Positions 26,185-37,284 of a stretch of DNA of 64,000 nt are shown piece after piece (position 1 is the first letter of the stretch; each line of letters opens with the position of its first letter). The notes below the pieces were generated by a model. It was not told where the DNA came from. It did no database searches and saw only the letters and a list, made by a program, of their open reading frames with translations. The position numbers were made by a program, and so were the translations under genes. The DNA is from an uncultured Chloroflexia bacterium (GTDB lineage Bacteria > Chloroflexota > Limnocylindria > Limnocylindrales > CSP1-4). Where the stretch lies: contig CAWIGT010000006.1 of NCBI GenBank assembly GCA_963835845.1, positions 8,709-72,708 of the forward strand. Reading direction: 5' to 3'.

Positions 26185-26937
26185 TCACTCGCGCGCCAAC
26201 AACACGCCCGACCGAAGGGCGAGCAGGCATGCCCGTGCCGCTCGGGGAGGCAGTTCGATTCGGGCGGAGCGATTGAGCCACAGGGAGGCCCGATCCTCCT
26301 GCGCCGCCGACTCGCTCAGAACGAAGACCGCGCTCAATCGGAGGAAGCGCTCGTAGAAACCGCGCGTTCCCTCGAACCCCCGGCCGGCGAAGAAGGCTTC
26401 GTCCTTCCGATCGGCTCGGGCTCGGAGGGCGCGAGCGGCCGCCTCGACGTCGACGGCATCGACCCTGTCTGCGTCGATTGCGAGCAGGACGGCGTTGGGC
26501 ACGCTCGGCGGGAGTTGCCGCAGCTTCGCCAGTAACTGGCCGCCGTAGCTCGCCACGTCCGGGATCCGGCGCAGCCTGGTCACCTCCAGATTGAAGCCAC
26601 GATCGCCACGGAAGCTCACTGTGAAGTCCGGCCCCACCCGCCCCGAACCGTAGGCTTCGAAGGCGAGCTGGATGTGCCTATCCCCAAGCAGCAGCCTGGC
26701 GGTGCTCAATTCAGCGCGAACGTCCCGGCGAGCCTCCGCGTCGGCCGCGCCGCGCAGTTTCTTGCGGATCTTGTCCCTGTGGAGTTCCGCGAACGACCGA
26801 AATCTGGGCGAGGCTGCCAGCCATCCGGCCAGCTCGTCCGCCACGGCGTCGGGCTCGGAATCCGCCGGCGGCGCGCCGGCGAACAGGTAGCGGACGAGTC
26901 GATCGACCGCGGTATCCGGGACGCTCTCGCGGGCCAT
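26185..26937 (-). CDS. Hypothetical protein (250 aa, no family recognised)
   Basis: Intact ORF: MARESVPDTAVDRLVRYLF...GPDFTVSFRGDRGFNLEVTRLRR...LLAIDADRVDAV. Confidence 0.55.
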   Translation of the reverse strand: MARESVPDTAVDRLVRYLFAGAPPADSEPDAVADELAGWLAASPRFRSFAELHRDKIRKKLRGAADAEARRDVRAELSTARLLLGDRHIQLAFEAYGSGRVGPDFTVSFRGDRGFNLEVTRLRRIPDVASYGGQLLAKLRQLPPSVPNAVLLAIDADRVDAVDVEAAARALRARADRKDEAFFAGRGFEGTRGFYERFLRLSAVFVLSESAAQEDRASLWLNRSARIELPPRAARACLLALRSGVLLARE

Positions 26938-27056
26938 TCCCAAAGGCTATCGCGACGTGGGTTCGCTCGAAGGAAGGACAGCCGCCAGCTCCAGGTGGAC
27001 ACTCGGCGCTTCGACGATCCGGCGACGACCCGGCGGCACGCCCTGGGAGCTCACAG

Positions 27057-27437
27057 CTAGCCCGCGACGGGTACCGGGCCCTGGCGCACGCCGAAAACGT
27101 TGCCGTCGGGGTCTTTGAACCACGCCCCGCGCGCCGGACCGATCTGGGCAATGAAGTTGACCGTCTTCGGCGTCTCGTATTTCTCGAAGGCGATCCCTCG
27201 CGAGGTCAGATCCCGGACGACGGCGTCGATGTCGTCGACCTCGAAGTGTGCCACGGTCTGGCCGACGTTCGGCTGCCCGCGCCGAACCGACAGCTGCGAC
27301 CCCTTGCCGGCACCGAATCGGCAGGCCGCCGGGTTCTCGTCGAGGAGCTTCAGGCCAATCTGCTCCTGGTAGAAACGTTTGGCCCGATCGAGGTCCGTGA
27401 CCGCGACGGTCGTGACAGCCAGGGAATCGGCAAGCAT
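27057..27437 (-). CDS. Glyoxalase/bleomycin-resistance/dioxygenase (VOC) family protein
   Basis: MLADSLAVTTVAVTDLDRAKRFYQEQIGLKLL...AHFEVDDIDAVVRDLTSRGIAFE...GAWFKDPDGNVFGV. Confidence 0.85.
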   Translation of the reverse strand: MLADSLAVTTVAVTDLDRAKRFYQEQIGLKLLDENPAACRFGAGKGSQLSVRRGQPNVGQTVAHFEVDDIDAVVRDLTSRGIAFEKYETPKTVNFIAQIGPARGAWFKDPDGNVFGVRQGPVPVAG

Positions 27438-27957
27438 CGTCGTGACCTCATTCATGAGCAACCAAGCCACGCGGAGTACCGGTGGGTCGCGGCGCCCGCC
27501 CGTACTCGGTTCCGGCTGTTACTTGACTGAGGTTCCGCCTCGAGGCCCGTCGGCGGGGACGCAGGCCCAATTCGCGCGCCGGAGTATGTGCGAGAGTGAA
27601 CTTCGTTGTCCCGGACAAGTTCCGATTGGCCCGCAGCGTGAGCTTCCAAACGGCGGATACGGCCGATTCGGTGCCTGCGGCGAACACGCGGGCCAGACGG
27701 CGGGAATCGCAACGTGCGCGGCCCTTCATTGTCGAGCGATCCGGTAGAGGTTATCCTCCGCGCCAGCCCGCCTGGCGAGCGTCACGAGGTGCGCCGGCCG
27801 GGCTGTTCTTGGGAGCGCGTAACGATCGGCGTCCAGCGGGGTTTGGATGGGTGAGTCGGCGGACGTCAAGGGACTCTGGCAAGACTCGCCCGCGGCCCAC
27901 CGGGAACGCGGCCAACGCTCGATCCCGGCAGGTACAGACGGAGGACCGACGGAACCC

Positions 27958-28941
27958 ATGAAACTGACCAGACGACCGGCGACCGACAGCGCCGATCAGG
28001 ATTCCCCTACCCCATCTGAGGCGCCGGCGCCGGATACTTCGACCGAGACGGAGCCGAGCGCGAACGGATCCCGGGCCGCCGCGGTCGAGGTCGCTTCCGT
28101 TGTTGCCCGACCGCGATCCCGCCGCCTGGCTCGCCCGGCCGACGACTGCGTTCGAGAGGGCCTGCTCAAGGGCAAGAAGGCGCTCGTGTTCGGCGTCGCC
28201 AACGACCATTCGATTGCTTGGGGCATCGCCAAGGCGCTCTACGACCAGGGTGCCGACGTGGGCTTCAGTTCGATGGCCTCGCTGATCAAGCGGCGCGTCC
28301 GGCCGCTGGCCGCCTCGATCGGCTCGACCTTCGTCGAAGGCGCCGACGTCCGCGACGACGACGAGATCCGCAAGGTCTTCGAGCACTGGCACGCGCGGGA
28401 AGGCGACCTGGACATCCTTGTGCACGCGGTCGCATATGCCGAGCGCGAAGACCTCGACGGCCACTTCACCGACATCAGCCGGTCGGGGTTCCACACGGCC
28501 TTCGACATCAGCGTGTACTCGCTGATCGCGATGGCGCGTGAGGGGCGTCCTTACATGAAGCCCGGCTCGTCGATCATGACCATGACCTACTACGCCGCCG
28601 AAAAGGTGGTGCCCAACTACAACGTCATGGGCGTGGCCAAGGCCGCTCTCGAGGCCACGACGCGCTACCTCGCCGCCGACCTGGGCCCCAGCGGCATCCG
28701 GGTCAACGCCATCAGCGCCGGTCCGGTCCGAACGCTCTCGGCTCACGGCATCGCCGGATTCCGGACGATGTACGGTGCCTTCAAGGACGTCACGCCGCTG
28801 CGGTCGCACATCAGCATCGAGGACGTCGGCAACACGGCGGTCTACCTTGCGAGTCCGCTGGCGAGCCAGACCACGGGCGAAGTGATCTACGTCGACGGCG
28901 GGTTCAACATCCTGGCCCTGCCGGTCGGCGGGGAAGAATAG
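27958..28941 (+). CDS. fabI: Enoyl-ACP reductase FabI with a low-complexity N-terminal extension of about 70 aa
   Basis: LLKGKKALVFGVANDHSIAWGIAKAL, ILVHAVAYA, MTYYAAEKVVPNYNVMGVAKAALEATTRYLAADLGPSGIRVNAISAGPVRTL, TGEVIYVDGGFNI. Confidence 0.9.
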   Translation: MKLTRRPATDSADQDSPTPSEAPAPDTSTETEPSANGSRAAAVEVASVVARPRSRRLARPADDCVREGLLKGKKALVFGVANDHSIAWGIAKALYDQGADVGFSSMASLIKRRVRPLAASIGSTFVEGADVRDDDEIRKVFEHWHAREGDLDILVHAVAYAEREDLDGHFTDISRSGFHTAFDISVYSLIAMAREGRPYMKPGSSIMTMTYYAAEKVVPNYNVMGVAKAALEATTRYLAADLGPSGIRVNAISAGPVRTLSAHGIAGFRTMYGAFKDVTPLRSHISIEDVGNTAVYLASPLASQTTGEVIYVDGGFNILALPVGGEE

Positions 28942-29076
28942 GCGGCAAATCCGGGCGAATCAGGCGAATCGCGGCCGAGTCGAGAGTCGGCTCGGTCAGC
29001 CAGGTGAGCCGGTTCGCGGAACGTCTGGTCTGCCGGATCGCCTCCGCACGGGGTCGCCTGCTACTTTGCATGGGCA

Positions 29077-31362
29077 TTGACTGACAACACCCGTCGGAAC
29101 GCTGCCCATCCGACAGACTTTCGAGGCGATCTGGAAGGCCTCCGCGCCGTGGCCGTGGCGCTGGTCTTGCTCTATCACGCCCAGGTCCCGGGCATCTCCG
29201 GAGGTTACGTCGGTGTCGACGTCTTCTTCGTCCTGTCCGGATTCCTGATCACCGGAATACTCCTGCGCGAGCGGACCAGCACCGGCTCGATTTCGCTGCC
29301 CAACTTCTACGCCCGACGGGCCCGCAGGATCCTGCCGGCGGCCGCCCTCGTGCTGCTCACCACAGTGGTGGCATCGGCCCTCCTTCTGCCGCCGTTGCGG
29401 ATGCCGGACGTCGCCCGTGACGCCGCCGCGGCCGGCTTCTACATCTCCAACTTGCGGTTTGCGATCCAGTCGACGGACTACCTGCAGTCGCAGCTGCCGC
29501 CGTCGCCTCTCCTCCACTACTGGTCACTCGGCGTCGAGGAGCAGTTCTACGTCTTCTGGCCGGCGATCGTGCTGCTGGTGACCGGCGGCGGAGCCGCCCT
29601 CGGCGGGGCCCTGCGCCGGGCAACCCGCCGCGCAACGGGCCGGGCAACCCGCCGTGCGACCGGCGACGCGGCCGGCTTATCCACCGGTGGCTCGACCGGT
29701 GGCTCCATCGGCGGCCGACCGCTCGACGCGGCCTCTTTGGCCAGGCGCGTCGGCGTCGCGGCCCTCCTGATCTCTGGCGTCTCCTTCGCAGCCTCGGTGT
29801 GGCTCACGAACGTCGACCAGCCATGGGCCTTCTTCTCGCTGCCGGCTCGGGCATGGGAGCTGGGCATCGGCGCCATGCTCGCGGTCGCGGGCTCGCGGCT
29901 CGCCGCGCTGCCGCCCCGTGCGGCAACGGCGCTGGGTTGGGCAGGGCTGGCGGCCGTGGCTCTGTCGGGTCTGGTTCTGACCGCGAGCACGCCGTTCCCG
30001 GGCACCGCCGCGCTCCTCCCCACTCTCGGGACCGCTCTGGTCATCGTCGCCGGATTCCGCCCGACGGCGTTCGGTGCCGGCCGGCTCCTGGGGCTGGCGG
30101 CTCCGAGGTACCTCGGCCGCATTTCCTACTCACTCTACCTGTGGCATTGGCCCGTGCTGGTCATCCCGGCCGCCGCGGCGGGCGCCACCCTGCCTCTTCC
30201 CACTCGCCTCGTTCTCGCGGGGCTTGCCGTCCTCCTCGCCGCCGGCTCGCAGCGCTGGGTGGAGGAACCGATCCGGCTCGGCCAATTCGTCGGCACGCGG
30301 CCGCTCCGCAATCTGGCCGCGGCCGCCGCTCTCTCGAGCATCGTGGCCGTGTCGTCGTTCGGGATCGCCGCGGCGGCCACGGCGACGCTCGTCTCGACGA
30401 CGCCGAACCCCACGGCCGACATGGTGATCCTGAACCAGCTCATCGACCGCGCCGAGGCCGCCACGCACGGCGGCACGACCCTGGCGGCCCTGCCCGCTGC
30501 CGTCGACGGGCCGCTCCCGGCGGCCGTGGATCCGCCCTTCGCCGACGTCCAGGAGCTCCCGACGCCGTACGAGGACGGCTGCCAGGTCAACGACCCGGTC
30601 CTCAATTCGCCGCCGTGCATCTTCGGCGACGTGAACGGCAGCCATACCGTGGTCCTGTTCGGCGACAGCCACGCCGACAACTGGTGGCCGCCGCTGGAGC
30701 AGCTGGCGAAGCAACACGGCTGGCGGCTGGTCACGTACGTCAAGAACGGGTGCTCGCCCGCGGACCTCTACCAGCCGCGCTCCGGGGCCCCCCGCGTATA
30801 TACGGAGTGCCTGACATGGCGCAGCAACATCCTGACTCGAATCGCCGCCCTCCACCCCGACCTGGTGCTCGTCAGCGGCCGGACGCGCACGCCTTTGGTC
30901 CAAGCTGACAACACGCCGATCCCCGACTCGCAGGCGGCCCCGGTATGGCAGGCCGGCCTGACGCGGACCTTGCGCCAGCTGTCGACCATGGCCGGCCGAG
31001 TAGTGATGATCGGCGACACGCCGAGTTCCCAGGTCTGGGCGCCGACGTGCCTTTCGGGCCACCGAGACAGCATCCTCGCCTGCGCGACCTCCGTCTCGGA
31101 CGCCATCAGCACGTCCTGGAGAGCCGCGACCCAGGCCGCCGTCGCAGCCACGGGCGTTTCCTACATCGATCCTGCCGTCTGGGTATGTACGGCCTCGCCG
31201 TGCCCTCCGGTCGTGGCCAACTTCGTGATCTTCCGCGACAACCAGCACCTCACGACGGTCTTCGCCACGGCGCTGGAGGGACGGCTGGCAGCCGCGCTGC
31301 CCGAGCTTACCGCGGCCGATCCAGCGGGCCAGTCGGGCCATTCGGCGACGGCCTCGCCGTAG
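29077..31362 (+). CDS. Acyltransferase-3 family membrane protein with a C-terminal SGNH-like domain (OafA-like)
   Basis: FRGDLEGLRAVAVALVLLYHAQVPGISGGYVGVDVFFVLSGFLITGILLRE, HYWSLGVEEQFYVFWP, YSLYLWHWPVLV, and the C-terminal VVLFGDSHADNWWPP. Confidence 0.88.
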   Translation: MTDNTRRNAAHPTDFRGDLEGLRAVAVALVLLYHAQVPGISGGYVGVDVFFVLSGFLITGILLRERTSTGSISLPNFYARRARRILPAAALVLLTTVVASALLLPPLRMPDVARDAAAAGFYISNLRFAIQSTDYLQSQLPPSPLLHYWSLGVEEQFYVFWPAIVLLVTGGGAALGGALRRATRRATGRATRRATGDAAGLSTGGSTGGSIGGRPLDAASLARRVGVAALLISGVSFAASVWLTNVDQPWAFFSLPARAWELGIGAMLAVAGSRLAALPPRAATALGWAGLAAVALSGLVLTASTPFPGTAALLPTLGTALVIVAGFRPTAFGAGRLLGLAAPRYLGRISYSLYLWHWPVLVIPAAAAGATLPLPTRLVLAGLAVLLAAGSQRWVEEPIRLGQFVGTRPLRNLAAAAALSSIVAVSSFGIAAAATATLVSTTPNPTADMVILNQLIDRAEAATHGGTTLAALPAAVDGPLPAAVDPPFADVQELPTPYEDGCQVNDPVLNSPPCIFGDVNGSHTVVLFGDSHADNWWPPLEQLAKQHGWRLVTYVKNGCSPADLYQPRSGAPRVYTECLTWRSNILTRIAALHPDLVLVSGRTRTPLVQADNTPIPDSQAAPVWQAGLTRTLRQLSTMAGRVVMIGDTPSSQVWAPTCLSGHRDSILACATSVSDAISTSWRAATQAAVAATGVSYIDPAVWVCTASPCPPVVANFVIFRDNQHLTTVFATALEGRLAAALPELTAADPAGQSGHSATASP

Positions 31363-31365
31363 ACG

Positions 31366-31809
31366 TCAGTCGGCGGCGCCGCCGGGCGAGGAGCGCATCG
31401 GCCGATCCGACCGGAGTCGGAGCCAGACGGCGACCGACAGGAGCGCCATGACGGCACCGAGCGAGTCGATGCCCACGTCCACGGGCGATGGATGGCGGCC
31501 GGCCGTGAACGATTGGTGGAACTCGTCGCCGGCCGCATAGGCAACCGTCAGAACCAGACCGAGAGCCATCGCCCGACGCATCTGCGAGTACGAAAGCGCC
31601 GACCACATAAGCACGGCGAGAATCCCGAACGCGGCCATGTGGCCCGCCTTGCGGACGGCGAAGTCCACGTCGTCGGCCTGCGCGATGCGCAGATTCGGTG
31701 TGGCCGACAGGACGAAGATCACGCTGGCCCAGGCTGCGACCGGCAGCCACGCAACGGTCAGCCGCATGGGTGCGGGCAGCCGGGAGAGCCGGCCACGCCG
31801 CCGGGTCAA
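31366..31809 (-). CDS. VanZ-like family membrane protein
   Basis: WASVIFVLSATPN...RKAGHMAAFGILAVLM...YAAGDEFHQSFTAGRHPSPVDVGIDSLGAV. Confidence 0.8.
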   Translation of the reverse strand: MTRRRGRLSRLPAPMRLTVAWLPVAAWASVIFVLSATPNLRIAQADDVDFAVRKAGHMAAFGILAVLMWSALSYSQMRRAMALGLVLTVAYAAGDEFHQSFTAGRHPSPVDVGIDSLGAVMALLSVAVWLRLRSDRPMRSSPGGAAD

Positions 31810-32564
31810 TCGGTTCCGCCGGGAAGTTCGAAGCGCATCAGCCGGCGGGTGGCGATGACCAGGCAGACCACGACCAGGACGATCGCCAGCGGCAGGGCGG
31901 TGCTCGGCGACAGGCTGGCCTCCTTCGGGTCGATCTGCCAGAAGGCGTTGGCCACTCCGAGCGAGTACTGCCGGATCGACAGGTTCGCGATGCCGGGCAG
32001 GAGGGCCGACAGAGCCCCTTCCCAGACGAGGACGTAGACCAGGCCGATGAGCAGCGCCCGACGGGTGAACAGGCTGAGGGTCAGGAAGAGCGAGACGTAA
32101 CAGATCGACCCAACGGCCATCGCGGCCACGAATGCCCGCCAGGCCGCCGCTCCCGGCTCGCCCAGCGGCGCGAGCACGATCGCGCCCGACACCAGGACCG
32201 ACAGGATCGTCAGCAGCGCGGTCAGGCCCGCGGCGCCGATGAGTTTCGCGATGACGATCGCCCAGCGCGAGATCGGCTTGGCCAGGACGTACAGGATGGT
32301 GCCGTCCTCGATCTCCGCCCCGAAGGCGGCCGTTCCGAAGAGGACGGCCACGATCGGCAGGAGGAGGGTCACGCCCACGGCGTCGAGCACGCCGCCGGCG
32401 AACCCGGCGACGTCGTTGACGTTCGCCGCCCAGAAGACGATCGCGAGCAGGACCGGAACGGCGGAGAGCAGGAGCAGCAGCAGAGTCCGCCGCCGGCCCA
32501 GAAGCTGGCGGAAGGTGATCTGCAGGATCACGGGGACCGAAGCGAGGGATCTCGTGAACATCAT
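31806..32564 (-). CDS. ABC-2 type transporter permease
   Basis: The 252-aa polytopic ORF overlaps its neighbours by 4 nt on both sides. Confidence 0.8.
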   Translation of the reverse strand: MMFTRSLASVPVILQITFRQLLGRRRTLLLLLLSAVPVLLAIVFWAANVNDVAGFAGGVLDAVGVTLLLPIVAVLFGTAAFGAEIEDGTILYVLAKPISRWAIVIAKLIGAAGLTALLTILSVLVSGAIVLAPLGEPGAAAWRAFVAAMAVGSICYVSLFLTLSLFTRRALLIGLVYVLVWEGALSALLPGIANLSIRQYSLGVANAFWQIDPKEASLSPSTALPLAIVLVVVCLVIATRRLMRFELPGGTD

Positions 32565-33559
32565 CGCCGCACCAGGTAGTCGAATACGCTCTCGAGGGAC
32601 TCGTCGCCGGGCAGGACTTCCAGCAACCGCACGCCGGCCGTCTGCGTGGCCTTGGCGATCAGCCGGCGGAATGCCGCCAGGTGTGCCGTCCGCACGGTCA
32701 GGATGTCGGTCCCGAGCTCCACGGCGAAGACCGCCGGGTCGTCCATGAGGAGGCCGGCCAGCCGCCGATCGTCGGTCGATCGGATCGTGATCGTATGGGG
32801 TCTGTCGGTCATGAGGGCCCGGATGGCTCGATAGTCGCCCGAGGCGGCCAACCGGCCCGCGACCATCACCAGGATCTCGGTGCCGACCCGCTCGACCTCC
32901 TCGAGAATGTGGGACGAGAACAGGATGGTGCGACCCTCGGCGGCCATCTGGCCGAGCAGGTCCATCATCGCCAGTCTCTGGCGAGGGTCCATGCCGTTGA
33001 ACGGCTCGTCGAGCAGGAGAATCTGCGGGTTGTGGACGAGCGCTCCCGCCACCTTGGCCCGCTGCCGCATGCCCTTGGAGTAAGTCCCGATGGGACGGTT
33101 CATCGCATCTTCCAGGCCGACCCTGCGGATGGCCTCGAGCGCGGCGGCATCGACGTTGGGCAATCCCTGGAGCCTGGCATTGAAGCGCGCGTAGTCCAGC
33201 CCTGTGAGGAATGGGTAGACGGCTTCGCGCTCCGGGACGAGCCCGATCTGGCGGTAGACGGAGGGATCGCTGTTGGGGCTTCGGCCCAGGACGTGGACCG
33301 TGCCGGCGGACGGGGCGAGGAAGCCGGCCAGCATGTGGAGCAGCGTGGTCTTGCCCGCCCCATTTGGTCCGAGCAGTCCGGTGACGCCGGGGCCGAGGGT
33401 GAAGCTCAGGTCGTTGACGGCCACCACGTTGCCGTACCAGCGGGCCGCGCCGACGAGTTCGATGGCCGGAGCCGCGACGGCCGGCGCGGCAGCGGTATCG
33501 GACGGCGTGGTGATGACGGGTGCCACCGGCGTTTGGTCGGGAGTGGGCAGGACGTTCAT
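32561..33559 (-). CDS. ABC transporter ATP-binding protein
   Basis: GLLGPNGAGKTTLLHMLAG, YSKGMRQRAKVAGALVHNPQILLLDEPFNGMDP. The start MNVLPTPD is at 33559. The remaining part of track ORF 32561..34378 is read-through of the next gene in the wrong frame. Confidence 0.9.
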   Translation of the reverse strand: MNVLPTPDQTPVAPVITTPSDTAAAPAVAAPAIELVGAARWYGNVVAVNDLSFTLGPGVTGLLGPNGAGKTTLLHMLAGFLAPSAGTVHVLGRSPNSDPSVYRQIGLVPEREAVYPFLTGLDYARFNARLQGLPNVDAAALEAIRRVGLEDAMNRPIGTYSKGMRQRAKVAGALVHNPQILLLDEPFNGMDPRQRLAMMDLLGQMAAEGRTILFSSHILEEVERVGTEILVMVAGRLAASGDYRAIRALMTDRPHTITIRSTDDRRLAGLLMDDPAVFAVELGTDILTVRTAHLAAFRRLIAKATQTAGVRLLEVLPGDESLESVFDYLVRR

Positions 33560-34478
33560 GCCGGGATCCTCCGGTATCGGAACAGAAGGACGCCGGTGAA
33601 GACGACCGCCAGTCCGATCACCGCCAGCACGTAGGCCTCGGGGCCGAGCGTTGCCGGGAAGTCGCGGCCACGTGGGTCGACCCCGAAGAACCAGTCCGTG
33701 GCGCCGGACAGCGCCGTCGTCGGGGTCAGCAGGATCAACTTGTCGGACCATGTCCAGTCCGACCGCTGACCGACCGTGTAGACGACCGACGGCACGATCT
33801 CCATCAGCAGGAAGTAGGCCACGAGGCCGATGGCCGCGTAGGCCCGGCGCGGCGAGAACGCCGACAGGGCGAGCGAGATCGCAGCCAGACTCGCCGCGGT
33901 AAGGGCCGAGGCCGGAATGGCCGGCAGCGCCCGGGGCCACTCGTCGCCGGCGGCCTTGAACGTGTCGGTGCCCATCAGGATGTTGCCGATGAACAAGGCG
34001 ATCATCGGAACCATGAGGGCGCTGAATATCGCAGTAGCGAGGGCGGCGAACTTGGCCGCGGCGTAGTCGAAGCGACTCAGCGCCCTGGTGAAGTACAGCG
34101 GCAGCACGGTATATCGCTGGTCCCGGCAGACCAGCTCCGGCGCCTGAGCCACGAGGAAAAGGATCATGAAGAAGGCGATCTGGTTGAAGTAGTTGTGGTA
34201 CGTGAAGAGGCTCGGAGCCTGACCCTGGGCGATGGCCTGGGCGAGCTGAGCCGAGAAGGCCAGCTGGAACAGGGCCGGCAGGGCGTAGAGCCCGGCCAGG
34301 ATGAACGGCGCCGCTTTCGCCGACATTGGCCGGCCGAAACCCCAGACACCCCGAACGCTTTCTACGTAAAGCGACCACATGGCGTAGACGCGGCCGCGGC
34401 GTCTGCCTTCATAGTGGCGGTAGCCCAGGTCGTAGATGCTGCCGGCAGGCGAACTGGCGGCGGCGAGATTCGGAGCGG

Positions 34479-34482
<4 letters not shown>
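33556..34482 (-). CDS. ABC-2 type transporter permease
   Basis: MTAPNLAAASSPAGSIYDLGYRHYEGRRRGRVYAMWSLY... is followed by multiple hydrophobic segments. Confidence 0.8.
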
Positions 34483-35399
<917 letters not shown>

Positions 35400-35633
35400 A
35401 GCCGCATTCTGTCCTCCACCTGCCAACCCGCCGCCATCATAAGTGTTGACGTCCGGTTGACTCTGACGCGCAATCGATCATCCGAAAGGTGGAAACCACT
35501 CCCAGGCGCGCCGTCCGGACCCGAAGTGACGGGTCGCAGCGGGCAACTGATCGATTGACTCACCCGCCGGCCCAAAAGTTCGGCCGGAAGGCGACGCAAT
35601 CTCGAATCAAGGGTAATCGCGAGGTTCAAGCCC

Positions 35634-36542
35634 GTGTCAGACAAACCGACACCTTCACCGATGGAAGTCTTGACCAGCACCACACTCGACCGAGCGCGGC
35701 AGATCGTCCAGCACGCGCATGCAATCAGCCCGTCCGCGAGCCTTCTCCGACTGGAGCAACAGCTGCGGCAGGGCGACTCGAACGCGCGCCAGCTGGCCAA
35801 GCTGATAGACGGCTCCCCTGCCCTTGCGGCCCGCGTTCTCCGGATGGCCAATTCGGCCTTCTATGCCCCCGCCGAGCCGGTCACGACTCTTTCGCGAGCC
35901 GTCGCGCTGCTGGGTGACACCGTCCTGCGTCAGCTCGTCCTGACCTCCCTCATCGTCTCGCGCCGCGCCGGCAACCGCTCGCCGCGCGAGGCTCTCGCCG
36001 CGGCTCGCCTGACCGGTGACGCGGTCCGTGCCGCCGTAGTCGGCAAGACCCTCGCCCAGATGTCGCGATCCGTGGATCCGGACACTGCGTTCGCTGCGGG
36101 CCTGCTCCACGACCTGGGCCACGTCTACCTGCTCGACGACGTCGGCGAGCGGTACGCGAGCTACCTGCTCGACCCGCACGCGCACGATGCGCGCAACGCC
36201 GCCGGACAGCTGGAGATGGAGATCGAGCTTTCGGGCACGACCCACCAGGACGTCGGTGCTGTCTTCGCCTACGAGTGGAACCTGCCTCCGGTCATCGCTC
36301 GGGTGCTATGGGATCACCACGTGCCCAGCCCCGGCTCGCTCGGCGCTCTGATAGCCGGCTCCGACGTGCTCCTGCGCGAGCTCAGCTACCCGGCCATGGT
36401 CGACGCCGCGGATCGCCAGGTCGAAGGCGACGGCGTCCTGACCAGCCTCAGCATCACCCGCGAGCGCTGGGAAGAGCGAACATCGGCGGTCCGCGAGGCC
36501 TTCTCGGAACTGCTCTCGATCTTCGACGTCCAGGCCCCCTGA
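35634..36542 (+). CDS. HDOD domain protein
   Basis: LAKLIDGSPALAARVLRMANSAFYAPAEPVTTLSRAVALLGDTVLRQLVLT, AGLLHDLGHVYL. Confidence 0.85.
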   Translation: MSDKPTPSPMEVLTSTTLDRARQIVQHAHAISPSASLLRLEQQLRQGDSNARQLAKLIDGSPALAARVLRMANSAFYAPAEPVTTLSRAVALLGDTVLRQLVLTSLIVSRRAGNRSPREALAAARLTGDAVRAAVVGKTLAQMSRSVDPDTAFAAGLLHDLGHVYLLDDVGERYASYLLDPHAHDARNAAGQLEMEIELSGTTHQDVGAVFAYEWNLPPVIARVLWDHHVPSPGSLGALIAGSDVLLRELSYPAMVDAADRQVEGDGVLTSLSITRERWEERTSAVREAFSELLSIFDVQAP

Positions 36543-36576
36543 CCTCGACGCCGATCGCGATCGCGCGGCACCGGCC

Positions 36577-37284
36577 TCATGGGTCCTGCCGTCTGTCCTC
36601 TCGACCGACCGACGCCGTCCCGGCCGATTTGCTTGCTGTGGAGCCGCTTGATCGTCCCTGGACGCCAGGCCCAGGAGAGCATGCCGTCTGACCGGGATCG
36701 CTGCCGGATGCCAGGCCGCGCGCGCCGTGCCATCGGCGCGGGCTGCCCCTGAGCGCCACGGCCCAGACCGCGACCCCAATCACGAGTGCCGTGAACGCCA
36801 CCGGCTCGAGCATCGGTCCGGTAAAGAAGAAGATGGCTGTCTTGAGCCCTGCAAATGGTTCGCCGTCCACTTTCATGACGAGGCAGGCGTCCACGCAGAA
36901 GTGGTTGACACTCGTGAATCGGCCGAGAAGTGCGGGCAAGACGGGCATTGCCACGATGCCGACGATCCAGGCCGCCACTACTGTGAACAGCGCGCCGGTA
37001 ATCGCATGCCGCCGGACGACCACTCCGCCAATCGTGCCTGCCACGAGCGCGGCCGCGAAGACAGCACCTCCGGTAGCGGCCCATCGGCCGGGGTCCGTCG
37101 CGCTGAGAGGGATGCCCAGCTCTCTGACGTAGAGGTTTAGCGGTCCGGATTCGGTCGTGGGAACGAAGGTGTCGGTGTCGAGGGAGAGGGCGGTCAGCGG
37201 CCAGGCCGCAGCAGCGAGAAGAACCGCCAGCAATGTCGGCGCGTAGGGCCTGATCCGCCAGCCAACGTAGCCTTCGCCGTCCAT
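36577..37284 (-). CDS. Integral membrane protein (hypothetical). The Arg/Gly/Ser-rich C-terminal tail may be out of frame.
   Basis: Several hydrophobic segments are present (TLLAVLLAAAAWPLTAL, GAVFAAALVAGTIGGVVV, LFTVVAAWIVGIVAMPVLPALL). Confidence 0.55.
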   Translation of the reverse strand: MDGEGYVGWRIRPYAPTLLAVLLAAAAWPLTALSLDTDTFVPTTESGPLNLYVRELGIPLSATDPGRWAATGGAVFAAALVAGTIGGVVVRRHAITGALFTVVAAWIVGIVAMPVLPALLGRFTSVNHFCVDACLVMKVDGEPFAGLKTAIFFFTGPMLEPVAFTALVIGVAVWAVALRGSPRRWHGARGLASGSDPGQTACSPGPGVQGRSSGSTASKSAGTASVGREDRRQDP

